Positions 19,487 to 31,441 of a DNA stretch of 43,950 bases are shown here, piece after piece. Position 1 is the stretch's first letter, and each line of letters begins with the position of its first letter. Position numbers and translations under genes: made by a program. The stretch comes from Synechococcus sp. (GTDB taxonomy: Bacteria > Cyanobacteriota > Cyanobacteriia > Thermostichales > PCC-7336). The stretch is taken from positions 1-43,950 of the forward strand of contig JBFRWN010000012.1 of assembly GCA_051439605.1 (NCBI GenBank). Reading direction: 5' to 3'. The notes beneath the pieces are model-generated. The model ran no database searches and had not been told where the DNA came from. It was given only the letters and a program-made list of their open reading frames with translations.

Positions 19487-20059
19487 TTAGGGACAGCCCA
19501 ACACTTGAATGGTGTAAGTATCTTGAACCGTTCCGGGACCACCGATCTTCAGATTGACCTCGTAAGGTTGGGTGCCCTCGCGGGGTTCTCCGGAAAATGC
19601 GTGTAAGTGTTGCTCAGACATGGGGAATTTATCTTCTTCGTGAACTAGATCGGCAGTCCCGTCTTCATATTTGAGATACATGTCGATATCGTAATTACCG
19701 ATATCTTGAGACAGCACTGAGGCGTAATAGCGCGAAAAAGTTGCTTCTTCAGGAACCTCAAAATCAGTATTCCAATTGGGGCCAAACCAAATCAGATATA
19801 GGTTTGGCACCCGACCGGGGGAGGCGGTTTTCGTCACTTCTGTCCCTTCACCGCCTATCACGGGCAAAGGTGTGCAACCCTGCGGTATGGGCTCCCCAGT
19901 CTCCACGGCAGGTAAACCCTGCTCTACTCGGATGCAGCGGCTATTGAGAGGGAACTCGCTGCATAAGGTATCCAACGAGACTTTAATGTTCGAGCGCGCT
20001 GGGATAGCGACCGCACATATCGCTGCTGCAGCTAGTAACGCAGTGTTAATGATTTTCAT
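19487..20059 (-). CDS. Hypothetical secreted protein
   Basis: SD AAGGAG before ATG 20059; signal peptide; CSEFPLNSRC motif followed by a beta-rich domain (NWNTDF…MYLKY…QPYEVNLKIG). Confidence 0.75.
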   Translation of the reverse strand: MKIINTALLAAAAICAVAIPARSNIKVSLDTLCSEFPLNSRCIRVEQGLPAVETGEPIPQGCTPLPVIGGEGTEVTKTASPGRVPNLYLIWFGPNWNTDFEVPEEATFSRYYASVLSQDIGNYDIDMYLKYEDGTADLVHEEDKFPMSEQHLHAFSGEPREGTQPYEVNLKIGGPGTVQDTYTIQVLGCP

Positions 20060-20191
20060 CAGGTCACTCCTTGAAAAGAACAGTTGCATCTTCGCCCCCG
20101 ACGAAAATTGCCTTGCTGCGATCGTAAACATTGCAACTCATTGGAGATGAGTCGAGTGCAGGCAAAAGTCCTCGGGAGCAGGCAGTCTCGG

Positions 20192-21517
<1,326 letters not shown>

Positions 21518-21538
21518 TCAGATTTTGATTGAGGACAG

Positions 21539-21576
21539 AGATTAACGAGACAGATTAACGAGACAGATTAACGAGA
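21539..21576. repeat. 13-bp tandem repeat (AGATTAACGAGAC) x ~3 overlapping the ackA stop
   Basis: agattaacgagac agattaacgagac agattaacgaga read directly from the sequence. Confidence 0.9.
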
Positions 21577-22802
21577 TTGCCGGACTGTAATTGCCAGCAG
21601 GCTTGCGCGATCGCCCAATCCTCCTCCGTACGCACGACCAACACCCGCACCGCCGAATCGGTAGTAGCGATATCTCGATCCACTGGAAAAGAACTGTTTT
21701 TCTCCCCATCCAGCTGCAAACCTAAAAACTCGAATCCCGTGCAAGCTTTCTCGCGCACGACCGCTGAATTTTCACCGATCCCGGCGGTAAACACAATCGC
21801 ATCCAAGCCCCCTAGGCTGGCCACCATTGACCCGATGGAGGCTCGCAGGCGATGGATAAACATGTCGAAGGCCAATTTGGCCCGTTCGCTGCCTCGGCCG
21901 ATCCCCTCCAACACTGTCCGCAAATCAGCAGAAATCCCCGATACACCTTTAAGGCCGGATTCTTTGTTGAGCAGGGTGTCTAGGCGATCGACGTCAAAAC
22001 CATACTCCCGCATTAGATGGATTGGGATCGCCGGATCGATGGAGCCGCTGCGGGTGCCCATCATCAACCCCTCCAGCGGGGTAAATCCCATTGTGGTGTC
22101 GATACTGTGGCCGTTGCGGACAGCGGCTAGGGAACAGCCGTTGCCCAAATGGCAGGTCACGAGTTTGAGGGTTTCTAAGGGCTTACCCAGTAGGTCGGCG
22201 GCTCGGTGGGCGCAAAATTGATGGCTGATGCCATGGAAGCCGTAGCGACGGATGCCTTTTTCGTACCATTCGTAGGGGAGGGGATAGACGGCTGCCTCTG
22301 GTGGCATGTGACTGTGGAAGGCGGTGTCGAAGACTGCCATCTGGGTAACGTCCCCCAATGCCTGCTCAATCGCTTTGATGCCGGACAAGTTCGCGGGATT
22401 GTGGGCGGGGGCCAAGACGGTAAGGCGGGAGATGGCCGCTTTCACGTCCTCTGTAACAGGAGTTGCTTCTGAATAGTCCGCTCCGCCGTGCACCACTCGA
22501 TGGCCAACCAAATCGATTTCCGACAGCTGGTGCAGCACTCGGGTTTCCCCTGACACCAGGGTGTCCAGCAGCAGGGGGATAGCACGATCGCGATTCCCAT
22601 CCGTCAGCTCCACTTTGAGAACCGCTCCGTTGGCTTTCACGTTCATAACGCCACCAGCGGCCGCCACAGTCCAATCGATATGGGCTTCCCACACTGGTAG
22701 GGGCGGGGAAGGAGGCAAACCGTCAGCGGATAGCTCGTACAAGCAGCTTTTTTGGCTGCTGGAGCCTGCATTGAGCACCAGTATCTTCATAGAGACAGCC
22801 AC
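21555..22802 (-). CDS. ackA: Acetate kinase
   Basis: LVLNAGSSS, GHRVVHGG, APAHN, RRYGFHG, HLGNG and FTAGIGEN; alternative ATG at 22790. Confidence 0.97.
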   Translation of the reverse strand: MAVSMKILVLNAGSSSQKSCLYELSADGLPPSPPLPVWEAHIDWTVAAAGGVMNVKANGAVLKVELTDGNRDRAIPLLLDTLVSGETRVLHQLSEIDLVGHRVVHGGADYSEATPVTEDVKAAISRLTVLAPAHNPANLSGIKAIEQALGDVTQMAVFDTAFHSHMPPEAAVYPLPYEWYEKGIRRYGFHGISHQFCAHRAADLLGKPLETLKLVTCHLGNGCSLAAVRNGHSIDTTMGFTPLEGLMMGTRSGSIDPAIPIHLMREYGFDVDRLDTLLNKESGLKGVSGISADLRTVLEGIGRGSERAKLAFDMFIHRLRASIGSMVASLGGLDAIVFTAGIGENSAVVREKACTGFEFLGLQLDGEKNSSFPVDRDIATTDSAVRVLVVRTEEDWAIAQACWQLQSGNLVNLSR

Positions 22803-22832
22803 TGTACCCCCTGTAGCAAGCAGGATTGAGGT

Positions 22833-23138
22833 CTAGGTATCGGCACGATTGTCGGGCCCAAATTCGTCGATCATGGCGTCTGTGTGCAGGACGGTATCTG
22901 CGATTGAGAGGGAATGGCTGAGGACGCGAAAGTAGTTGATTTTTTCATTCACCTTGCTGAGCTTCTCTTTTAAGCCGCTTTCATCCTCTCCCTCACTCAT
23001 CTCCTCCAGCTGACTGAGGAGGCGACCGCGAATGGTGGCGTAATGGGACTGAGCATTTTTGAAGCGGTTGTGCAGTTCGGTCACCGCAGAGATGACCGAG
23101 AGATCGCCGATGGTCGCATTCGCTTTGCTATTGGTCAT
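22833..23138 (-). CDS. Hypothetical 101-aa helical protein
   Basis: ATG-start ORF filling the gap between co-oriented genes; coiled-coil-like composition. Confidence 0.7.
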   Translation of the reverse strand: MTNSKANATIGDLSVISAVTELHNRFKNAQSHYATIRGRLLSQLEEMSEGEDESGLKEKLSKVNEKINYFRVLSHSLSIADTVLHTDAMIDEFGPDNRADT

Positions 23139-23204
23139 GGTGAATTTCGCTAGAGTTTCGTATTCTTCGGGATAATAACAGTTCCTTCGATCGGGTCATA
23201 AAGC

Positions 23205-23849
23205 TTACGTGCATGGCAACGCCTGCAATTGACTGTCTAAATGGGAGCGATCGGCTATGGAGTGGAACAGCGGTCCTCGGTTGGCGAGTTCCACGACGCT
23301 GAGGGCGGCGGTGGGCATGTCCATGCGATCGCGGTAGCGACCGACATCGATTCCGGCTAAGGAGCAGAGCATGATGCGGATGGTGGCTTTGTGGGAGACC
23401 ACCAACACGCAGCCGTCAGCGTAAGCTTGCTCGATCTCCTCCAGCACGAGGGCGGACCGGCGGGCGATATCGACGGCTCGCTCGCCGCCCGTTGGACCGT
23501 TCCAAGCGGGGTCCGTGAGCCAGCGGACGTAGTCGTCGTGAAATTCGCGATTGACTACTGTGGGATGCTTGCCCTCCCACTGGCCGTAGGACACTTCTTT
23601 CAGTCCATCGCGAGGTTGAACCTCCAAGCCAGTAGCCTGACTCAAGGGGGTGGCCGTCTGGCGCGCCCGGAGCAAGGGACTGGAGAAGATGGCTTTCCAA
23701 GGGATGGAGCGATAAGCGTTTGCGAATGCTTCGGCCATGCGCATGCCATCGGACGTCAGACCGGGATCGGACTCGGGGGTACCGCAAAAGCCCCCCGTGC
23801 GGCTGTAGGCGGTTTGTCCGTGGCGAAGGAAGTACAGCATCAAACTCAT
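23205..23849 (-). CDS. Histidine phosphatase (PGM-like) family protein, copy B
   Basis: YFLRHGQT, SSPLLRA, E..YGQWEG and VVSHKATIR; ATG at 23849, 2 bp after the paralog's stop. Confidence 0.92.
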   Translation of the reverse strand: MSLMLYFLRHGQTAYSRTGGFCGTPESDPGLTSDGMRMAEAFANAYRSIPWKAIFSSPLLRARQTATPLSQATGLEVQPRDGLKEVSYGQWEGKHPTVVNREFHDDYVRWLTDPAWNGPTGGERAVDIARRSALVLEEIEQAYADGCVLVVSHKATIRIMLCSLAGIDVGRYRDRMDMPTAALSVVELANRGPLFHSIADRSHLDSQLQALPCT

Positions 23850-23851
23850 GG

Positions 23852-24490
23852 CTAAGTCCCGGCTCGCTGACGCAGGCGATCGCTCAGATGGGAGCGGTCC
23901 CCCAAGAAATGCAAGAAGGGACCGTGCTCCCGAAACTCCACCACGCTGACCGCGGCCACCGGCATATTGATGCGATCGCGATATCGCCCCACATCGATGC
24001 CAGCCAAAGAGCACAGCATGATACGAATGGTGGCTTTGTGGGATACCACCAGGACGTTGCCACTGTCGTAGGTTTGCTCGATTTCCTCCAGCACCAGGGC
24101 GCTGCGGCGTGCAATGTCCACTCCCTTTTCCCCGCCAGTGGGGGAATTCCAGCCGGGGTCAGCCAGCCAGCGCACGTACTCGTCGTGATATTTGTCATTT
24201 ACCTCCTCTGGAGTCATGCCCTCCCACTGGCCGTAAGTAATTTCCTTCAGGCCATCCCGCAACTGAATATCGATCCCCAGCCCATCGCACAGGGGTTTGG
24301 CTGTATGGATGGCCCGTTGAAGGGGGCTGCTATAGACCGCCGTCCAGGGCAAGGCATGGTAAGCCTTAGCAAACTCCTCTGCCATTTCGTAGCCGGACTC
24401 GGTTAAATCCAGGTCGAGACTACCGCAGTAGCCCCCAGCTTGGCTGGAGGTAGTTTCCCCGTGGCGCAGAAAATAGAGTTTTAAACTCAT
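23852..24490 (-). CDS. Histidine phosphatase (PGM-like) family protein, copy A
   Basis: YFLRHGET, SSPLQRA, EITYGQWEG and VVSHKATIR. Confidence 0.93.
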   Translation of the reverse strand: MSLKLYFLRHGETTSSQAGGYCGSLDLDLTESGYEMAEEFAKAYHALPWTAVYSSPLQRAIHTAKPLCDGLGIDIQLRDGLKEITYGQWEGMTPEEVNDKYHDEYVRWLADPGWNSPTGGEKGVDIARRSALVLEEIEQTYDSGNVLVVSHKATIRIMLCSLAGIDVGRYRDRINMPVAAVSVVEFREHGPFLHFLGDRSHLSDRLRQRAGT

Positions 24491-24511
24491 TGAATCAACG
24501 TAGAGAAGTTT

Positions 24512-26098
24512 TCAAAGTAGAGAAATTTTCAAGCTGGAGGGCTGGCCGCGATCGCCGCTCACCACAACACCCCGATCGTTTGCCGCTAAATGCCGCACAA
24601 TTTTGTAAACCGCTTCCACGCGATCGGGGGCTCCTGCTTTGGAGGCTAAAGTGGCCAAGTCTAGAGGCGAGCCGGTCGATTTCAGAATCGCCATCACTTG
24701 CGTTTGCAATTTCAGCACCGAAGCTGCCGCCTTCTTCCCGGCTTCCACCCCCGGCTGGTGGTAGGCGTTGATGTTCACTAGAGATGCATAGAACCCCACC
24801 GCCCGCTCGTACAGGGCAATCAAAGCCCCCACAGTGCGGGGATCGACTTGGGGAATGGTCACCGTAATCGAATCCCGCTCGTTTTCGTACAGTGCCTGTC
24901 GAGTCCCCTGCAGGAATCCCGATAGATAATCTCCAGTGGTGACCCCCGGTTCCACTTCCACCGAAGGGCCGGAGCGATCCTGCAGCACCTCGATAAAGGT
25001 GGCAAAGAAATTCGGTACTCCTTCCCGCAGTTGTTGGACGTAGGCGTGTTGGTCGGTGGAACCTTTGTTGCCGTATACGGCAATCCCCTGATGAACGGTG
25101 TTGCCATTGAGGTCTGTTTCTTTCCCCAAAGACTCCATAATCAGCTGCTGCAGGTAGCGGCTGAACAGCAACAGGCTGTCTTTGTAGGGCAGAACCACCA
25201 TATCTTTCTTGCCCTGGCCGTCACCGGAGGCATACCAGCAGAGGGCCAGTAAGGCGGCAGGATTGGTGCGGATGTCTTTGATGCGAGTGGCAGCATCCAT
25301 TTCCTTAGCCCCTGCCAGCAGTTCGCGGATGTCAATGCCTTGCAGTGAAGCAGGCAGTAGGCCGACGGCCGACAATTCCGAGGTACGTCCCCCCACCCAG
25401 TCGTACATGGGAAACTCTGCTAGCCAGCCTTCGGCTCTGGCCAGCGCATCCATTTTGCTGCCCTCCATCGTGGTGGCGACGGCGTGGCGGGCAAAGCTCA
25501 AACCCATTTCCTCGTAGACTTGCTTGACCTCCAACATCCCGTTGCGGGGTTCGGGAGTGCCGCCGGACTTGCTGGTGTCGAGGATCAGGGTACTGTTGAG
25601 GCGATCTTTCAATCCGCTGAGGACGCGATCGATGCCAGCTGGATCGGTGTTATCGATGAAGTGAATCGCCAGAGGAGGATCGTTTGGAGCAAGGGCAGAG
25701 GCAACAAACTGGGGACCCAGAGCCGATCCACCAATGCCGATCGCCAGCAAGTCGGTAAACTTCGGCGCCTCGGGGGGGTGGATTGCTCCACTGCGAACCT
25801 TTTGAGTAAAGTCTTCGATATGGTCGATCGCTTCGCTAATTGCCTGACTAAGTTCTGGGCTGGGAGCTAATTCGGGAGTGCGCAGCCAGTAGTGACCCAC
25901 CATGCGATTTTCATCGGAGTTAGCGATCGCTCCCCTCTCCAGAGCCTCCATATCCAGAAAAGCCTTGTCGAATTTGGGCTTCATGCTGGCCAGTAACCGA
26001 TCGTCAAACCGCATTCGGCTGACATCTAGATACAGGTCCAAGCCTTCGTGATAGTAAAGCCAATCTTGATAGCGTTGCCAAAGGGTCGCTGCGTCCAT
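24512..26098 (-). CDS. pgi: Glucose-6-phosphate isomerase (cyanobacterial type)
   Basis: [38 protein letters not shown] and [12 protein letters not shown]. Confidence 0.97.
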   Translation of the reverse strand: MDAATLWQRYQDWLYYHEGLDLYLDVSRMRFDDRLLASMKPKFDKAFLDMEALERGAIANSDENRMVGHYWLRTPELAPSPELSQAISEAIDHIEDFTQKVRSGAIHPPEAPKFTDLLAIGIGGSALGPQFVASALAPNDPPLAIHFIDNTDPAGIDRVLSGLKDRLNSTLILDTSKSGGTPEPRNGMLEVKQVYEEMGLSFARHAVATTMEGSKMDALARAEGWLAEFPMYDWVGGRTSELSAVGLLPASLQGIDIRELLAGAKEMDAATRIKDIRTNPAALLALCWYASGDGQGKKDMVVLPYKDSLLLFSRYLQQLIMESLGKETDLNGNTVHQGIAVYGNKGSTDQHAYVQQLREGVPNFFATFIEVLQDRSGPSVEVEPGVTTGDYLSGFLQGTRQALYENERDSITVTIPQVDPRTVGALIALYERAVGFYASLVNINAYHQPGVEAGKKAAASVLKLQTQVMAILKSTGSPLDLATLASKAGAPDRVEAVYKIVRHLAANDRGVVVSGDRGQPSSLKISLL

Positions 26099-26226
26099 GG
26101 GTCAACTCCAAATCTTGAGCGGTGGCCGAAGCAAATGTCTTGAAAAACCATCGAACAAACAAGCGCGGGGAATTGTTTCCCACTGTGAGGAACTCATTTT
26201 GAGAATCCTAAATACCAAGAAACTTT

Positions 26227-26247
26227 GGGGCATGTCGGTCATGCCCC
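26227..26247 (-). terminator. Perfect 8-bp hairpin just downstream of xfp (mRNA-stabilising stem or weak terminator)
   Basis: GGGGCATG-tcggt-CATGCCCC, 13 bp after the xfp stop; no clear U-tract. Confidence 0.5.
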
Positions 26248-26260
26248 TGCAGCGATCGCC

Positions 26261-28708
26261 TTAATAAGGCCACTTCCACTCGCGGATTTCGGGTTTATCG
26301 ATCCCGTAGGTGAAGGCGTATTGGGTGTTTTCGATGATGGCGTTCTTCATGCGCTCTTTGACGTAAGCCGCCCGAGAGCCCAATGAGGGGACACGATCGA
26401 TGACGTCAATCACGAGATTGAAGCGATCGATTTGGTTTTCCATCGCTAGCTCCAGCGGAGTATTGATGTTGCCTTTTTCCTTGTAGCCGCGCACGTGAAT
26501 CCGATCTTGATTCGTTCGGCGATACACCAGCTTGTGAATCAACCAAGGATAGCCGTGGAAGTTAAAGATAATAGGCTTATCGGGAGTAAACAGCGTGTCG
26601 AAGTCTCGGTTTGACAGGCCGTGAGGATGTTCTTTCTCGTCCACCAGCGTGGCTAAATCGACCACGTTGATAAAGCGAACTTTCAGATTGGGGAACTCCT
26701 CCCGCAGAGTGGCCGTTGCCGCCAAAGATTCCATCGTCGGAATATCGCCGCAGCAGGCCATCACCACATCCGGTTCGTCGGGGGCAGTGCCGCAATCGTC
26801 GTTGCTGGCCCATTCCCAAATGCCCAGGCCCTTGGTGCAATGGGCGATCGCCTCGTCCATCGTCAAGTACTGCAGGTGCATCTGCTTGTCGGAGACGATG
26901 ACGTTAACGTAATCGGTGCTCTTCAAGCAGTGATTTGCCACCGATAGCAGGCAGTTGGCATCCGGTGGGAAATATACCCGCACCACATCGGGGCTCTTGT
27001 TGGTGACGAGGTCGATGTAACCGGGATCTTGGTGGCTGAAGCCGTTGTGATCCTGCCGCCATACCAGCGAAGACAGCAAAATGTTCAGGGAGGAAATCGG
27101 AGCTCGCCAGGGGACTTCGTTCTTGCAAATATCCAGCCACTTGGCGTGCTGGTTGAACATCGAGTCCACCACGTGGGCGAAAGCTTCATAAGTATGGAAG
27201 AAGCCGTGACGACCAGACATCAGGTAGCCTTCCAACCACCCCTGTAGGGTGTGCTCGCTCAGCATCTCCATCACCCGACCGTCTGGTGACATCTGGCTGC
27301 CGTCTTCATCTTCGGGCAGGTAGTCTGCCATCCAAGCCTTTTTGGAAACTTCGTAGACGGCTTGCAACCGGTTAGAAGCAGTTTCATCCGGGCCAAACAG
27401 GCGGAAGTTATCGGTGTTCAGCCGCATCACTTCACGCAGTAGGTAGCCCAGCACCTTGGTATTTTCAAACTCCACAGTTCCAGGCTTGGGAACGTCAATC
27501 GCCAGTTCTCGGAAATCCGGCATGCAAAGCGCTTTGCGAATCTTTCCACCATTCGCGACAGGATTGTCGCTCATACGGCGATGTCCCTTGGGAGCCAGCT
27601 CCTTCAGTTCCGGCAGCAGCGTGCCGTTCTCGTCGAACAGCTCCTCCGGCTTGTAGCTCTTCATCCATTGCTCTAGCAGCGTTAAGTGCTGGGGATTATC
27701 GTGCATCCCCCCCATCGGCACTTGGTGGGCTCGCCAGAAGCCTTCGACCTTATGGCCGTCCACCTCTTTGGGGCCGGTCCAACCCTTCGGGGTCCGCAGA
27801 ATAATCATCGGCCAGCGAGGACGCTTGGCTACGCCACTGCTGCGGGCATCGGCTTGGATGGAGCGGATGAGATGGATGCATTCATCCATCGTGGCGGCCA
27901 TCGTCTGGTGCATTTCTTCGGGGTCGTCCCCTTCCACAACGTAGGGGGTGTAGCCGTAACCCCGGAATAGGCTTTCCAATTCTTCTCGCGAAATTCTGGC
28001 CAGCAGGGTGGGGTTGGCAATTTTATAGCCGTTCAGGTTCAAAATCGGCAGCACAGCCCCGTCGCGAATGGGGTTGAGATATTTGTTGGAATGCCAAGCC
28101 GTCGCCAAGGGACCGGTTTCGGCTTCCCCATCCCCCACCACAGCCGTCACAATCAGGTCGGGATTGTCGTAGGCAGCTCCATAGGCATGGGAAATGCTGT
28201 AGCCGAGTTCGCCGCCCTCGTGGATGGAGCCGGGTAGCTCGGGGGTACAGTGACTGCCGATCCCTCCGGGGAAAGAAAACCACTTGAAGAGGTTGAGCAT
28301 GCCCTCTTCATCTTCGCCCTTATCAGGATAGACCTCTGAATAGGTGCCCTCTAGATAAACGGGACCGATCACGCCCGGTGCGCCGTGGCCGGGGCCAGCC
28401 ATATAGATGGCATCCAGGTCGTGCTTCTTAATCAGCCGATTCATGTGGATGTAGATGAAGCTGAGGGCTGGCGACGATCCCCAATGTCCCAACAATCGCT
28501 GTTTGATCTGATCTTCCTTGAGGGGCTCTTTCAGTAGCGGGTTGTCCTTTAGGTAGATCATGCCTGCCGCCAAGTAGTTGCACGCCCGCCAGTAAGCGTG
28601 CATCTTTCGCAGTTCTTCTGCACCCAGCGGTGTACCTTGAACTGTCGAGCCCACTTGCCCTTCTCCACCGACACCTCTTACGGAGGGCTTTTCTGGAGTT
28701 GATACCAT
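26261..28708 (-). CDS. xfp: Phosphoketolase (XFP family)
   Basis: [26 protein letters not shown]…NGYKI (TPP motif), FGPDETASN and [18 protein letters not shown]. Confidence 0.97.
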   Translation of the reverse strand: MVSTPEKPSVRGVGGEGQVGSTVQGTPLGAEELRKMHAYWRACNYLAAGMIYLKDNPLLKEPLKEDQIKQRLLGHWGSSPALSFIYIHMNRLIKKHDLDAIYMAGPGHGAPGVIGPVYLEGTYSEVYPDKGEDEEGMLNLFKWFSFPGGIGSHCTPELPGSIHEGGELGYSISHAYGAAYDNPDLIVTAVVGDGEAETGPLATAWHSNKYLNPIRDGAVLPILNLNGYKIANPTLLARISREELESLFRGYGYTPYVVEGDDPEEMHQTMAATMDECIHLIRSIQADARSSGVAKRPRWPMIILRTPKGWTGPKEVDGHKVEGFWRAHQVPMGGMHDNPQHLTLLEQWMKSYKPEELFDENGTLLPELKELAPKGHRRMSDNPVANGGKIRKALCMPDFRELAIDVPKPGTVEFENTKVLGYLLREVMRLNTDNFRLFGPDETASNRLQAVYEVSKKAWMADYLPEDEDGSQMSPDGRVMEMLSEHTLQGWLEGYLMSGRHGFFHTYEAFAHVVDSMFNQHAKWLDICKNEVPWRAPISSLNILLSSLVWRQDHNGFSHQDPGYIDLVTNKSPDVVRVYFPPDANCLLSVANHCLKSTDYVNVIVSDKQMHLQYLTMDEAIAHCTKGLGIWEWASNDDCGTAPDEPDVVMACCGDIPTMESLAATATLREEFPNLKVRFINVVDLATLVDEKEHPHGLSNRDFDTLFTPDKPIIFNFHGYPWLIHKLVYRRTNQDRIHVRGYKEKGNINTPLELAMENQIDRFNLVIDVIDRVPSLGSRAAYVKERMKNAIIENTQYAFTYGIDKPEIREWKWPY

Positions 28709-28839
28709 AACGTTCTCCTAATTTTGCATTACTGGACTGCGTAAACCCCTTTATAAAGAGTAAAAAAAGACGCTCGAACTAAAACGATTTAATAGCAAGT
28801 AGCTCTAGTGACATAATCCGAACAACTAACTGAACATCC

Positions 28840-29075
28840 TATAAGAAATGACAGCGATCGCCAGTAAATCTAATGATTTTCTTATATCTTTAAAATTGAG
28901 AATCTCACTGTACTTGAAACTGAAATTCACCATCATTCTAGAAGTAAAACTCAATGTATGAGTTTTTAGAGGACATTAATGTCAAGTTCCTTGAACTTTG
29001 CCAATTGTATAGAGGAATTCTTCCTTGAGATCGGGCTGGCATGAGTCTCTCTATCGTCTGTTTTGTGACACAAAA
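28840..29075. promoter_or_regulatory. AT-rich xfp upstream region with clustered palindromes (candidate operators)
   Basis: AAAACTCA-N5-TGAGTTTT 28946-28966; GACATTAATGTC 28972-28983; AAGTTC-N3-GAACTT 28984-28998; TTTTGTG-A-CACAAAA 29061-29075. Confidence 0.45.
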
Positions 29076-29261
29076 TACATGACAAAGGGGAAGATACCGT
29101 GACAGGCATTATTTTGCACAAATAGAATAGAGTTCCACAATGCATTATTCTTCAAGACGTATCGATCTCCATTTCAATCCATTAATGGTTGAGCATTTTG
29201 ATACTGATTTTATCTACATAGTTGTCATTCCTACCCATCCCCCTTCATTGGCATAAGAGGT

Positions 29262-30299
<1,038 letters not shown>

Positions 30300-30390
30300 T
30301 CAAATGTCAATGAATGTCTGGGCGTGCCACGGGCATGGGGAATGGATGCGAGAGTTGTCCTACTTGCAGGTATGGCAACTGCCAGCTGGA

Positions 30391-31401
30391 TTAAGCAGGA
30401 ACCTGCGGCCTGTAAGCGACTTCGTTCTTGAGGGGGACACCCCGTTCGAACGCAGAGATGTTAGAGAGCGTGGTGACCGCAATATTTTGCAGGGCATTGC
30501 GGGTAAAGAACCCCTGATGAGCGGTGATGACCACGTTAGGGAAAGATTGAAGAAGCTGAATGGCATCGTCCTGAATGATGGTGTCGGACAAATCTTCGAA
30601 AAAGAGATTTTCCTCGTCTTCGTAAACGTCAATGCCGAAATAGCCGATAACTCCGGATTTGATAGCATCGATCGCCGCCTTGGTATCGATCAACGCCCCT
30701 CGACTGGTGTTAATCAGCATTGCCCCCGGTTTCAGTTCCTCTAGAGTATCGGCATTAATTAAGTGGTGGGTTTCCGGAGTGAGGGGACAGTGCAGCGAGA
30801 CGATATCTGACTCCGCAAGTAATTCCGGCAAGCTGACGTATCGTCCCCCCATCTCTGCAATCGCTGGATTTTCAAACGGGTCGTAGGCCAGCAAGTGGCA
30901 GCCGAAACCGTGCATGATGCGGGCAAAACACACCCCGATCTTGCCGGTGCCCACAACACCAACCGTGGTTCCGAATAGGTCAAAGCCTAGCAATCCCTCT
31001 AGAGAGAAGTTGTCGTCGCGGACGCGATTGTAGGCTCGATTCAGCTTGCGATTCAGCATCAAAATCAGGCCGACGGCATGTTCGGCCACTGCATAGGGTG
31101 AATAGGCCGGTACCCGCACCACCGATAGCCCCAGTTTCGCCGCCACCTTCAGATCGACGTGGTTGAATCCTGCCGATCGCAAAGCAATTAGTTGGGTACC
31201 GCCAGCAGCAAGTACCTCCAGGGCATCGGCATCGAGGGTATCGTTAATGAACGCGCAGATTGCGGGAAATCCCTTGGCCAAAGGAGCGGTGACAGCAGTC
31301 AAGCGAGGCTCGAAAAAAACCAGCTCGTGTTCGCCATCCCGATTGGCCGCCTGCAATGATTCTCGGTCGTATCTCTTGCTGCTAAAAACTGCGATTTTCA
31401 C
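30391..31401 (-). CDS. ldhA: D-lactate dehydrogenase (D-2-hydroxyacid dehydrogenase)
   Basis: LRSAGFNHVD, RVPAYSPYAVAEH, GTGKIG, INTSRG, DVYE.E and TAHQGFFT. GTG 31401 has SD GAGGTG; alternative ATG at 31422. Confidence 0.92.
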   Translation of the reverse strand: MKIAVFSSKRYDRESLQAANRDGEHELVFFEPRLTAVTAPLAKGFPAICAFINDTLDADALEVLAAGGTQLIALRSAGFNHVDLKVAAKLGLSVVRVPAYSPYAVAEHAVGLILMLNRKLNRAYNRVRDDNFSLEGLLGFDLFGTTVGVVGTGKIGVCFARIMHGFGCHLLAYDPFENPAIAEMGGRYVSLPELLAESDIVSLHCPLTPETHHLINADTLEELKPGAMLINTSRGALIDTKAAIDAIKSGVIGYFGIDVYEDEENLFFEDLSDTIIQDDAIQLLQSFPNVVITAHQGFFTRNALQNIAVTTLSNISAFERGVPLKNEVAYRPQVPA

Positions 31402-31441
31402 GATCTCACCTCTTGAATGCATCTCCTTTTGAGCGAACCAG

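Noticed and set aside
21539..21576. Possible mini-CRISPR array
   Set aside because: The units are 13 bp with no spacers, and there are no cas genes; it is a simple tandem repeat.
23850..24014. N-terminal extension of the 269-aa His-phosphatase ORF
   Set aside because: It overlaps the upstream paralog; alignment of the two copies places the start at 23849.
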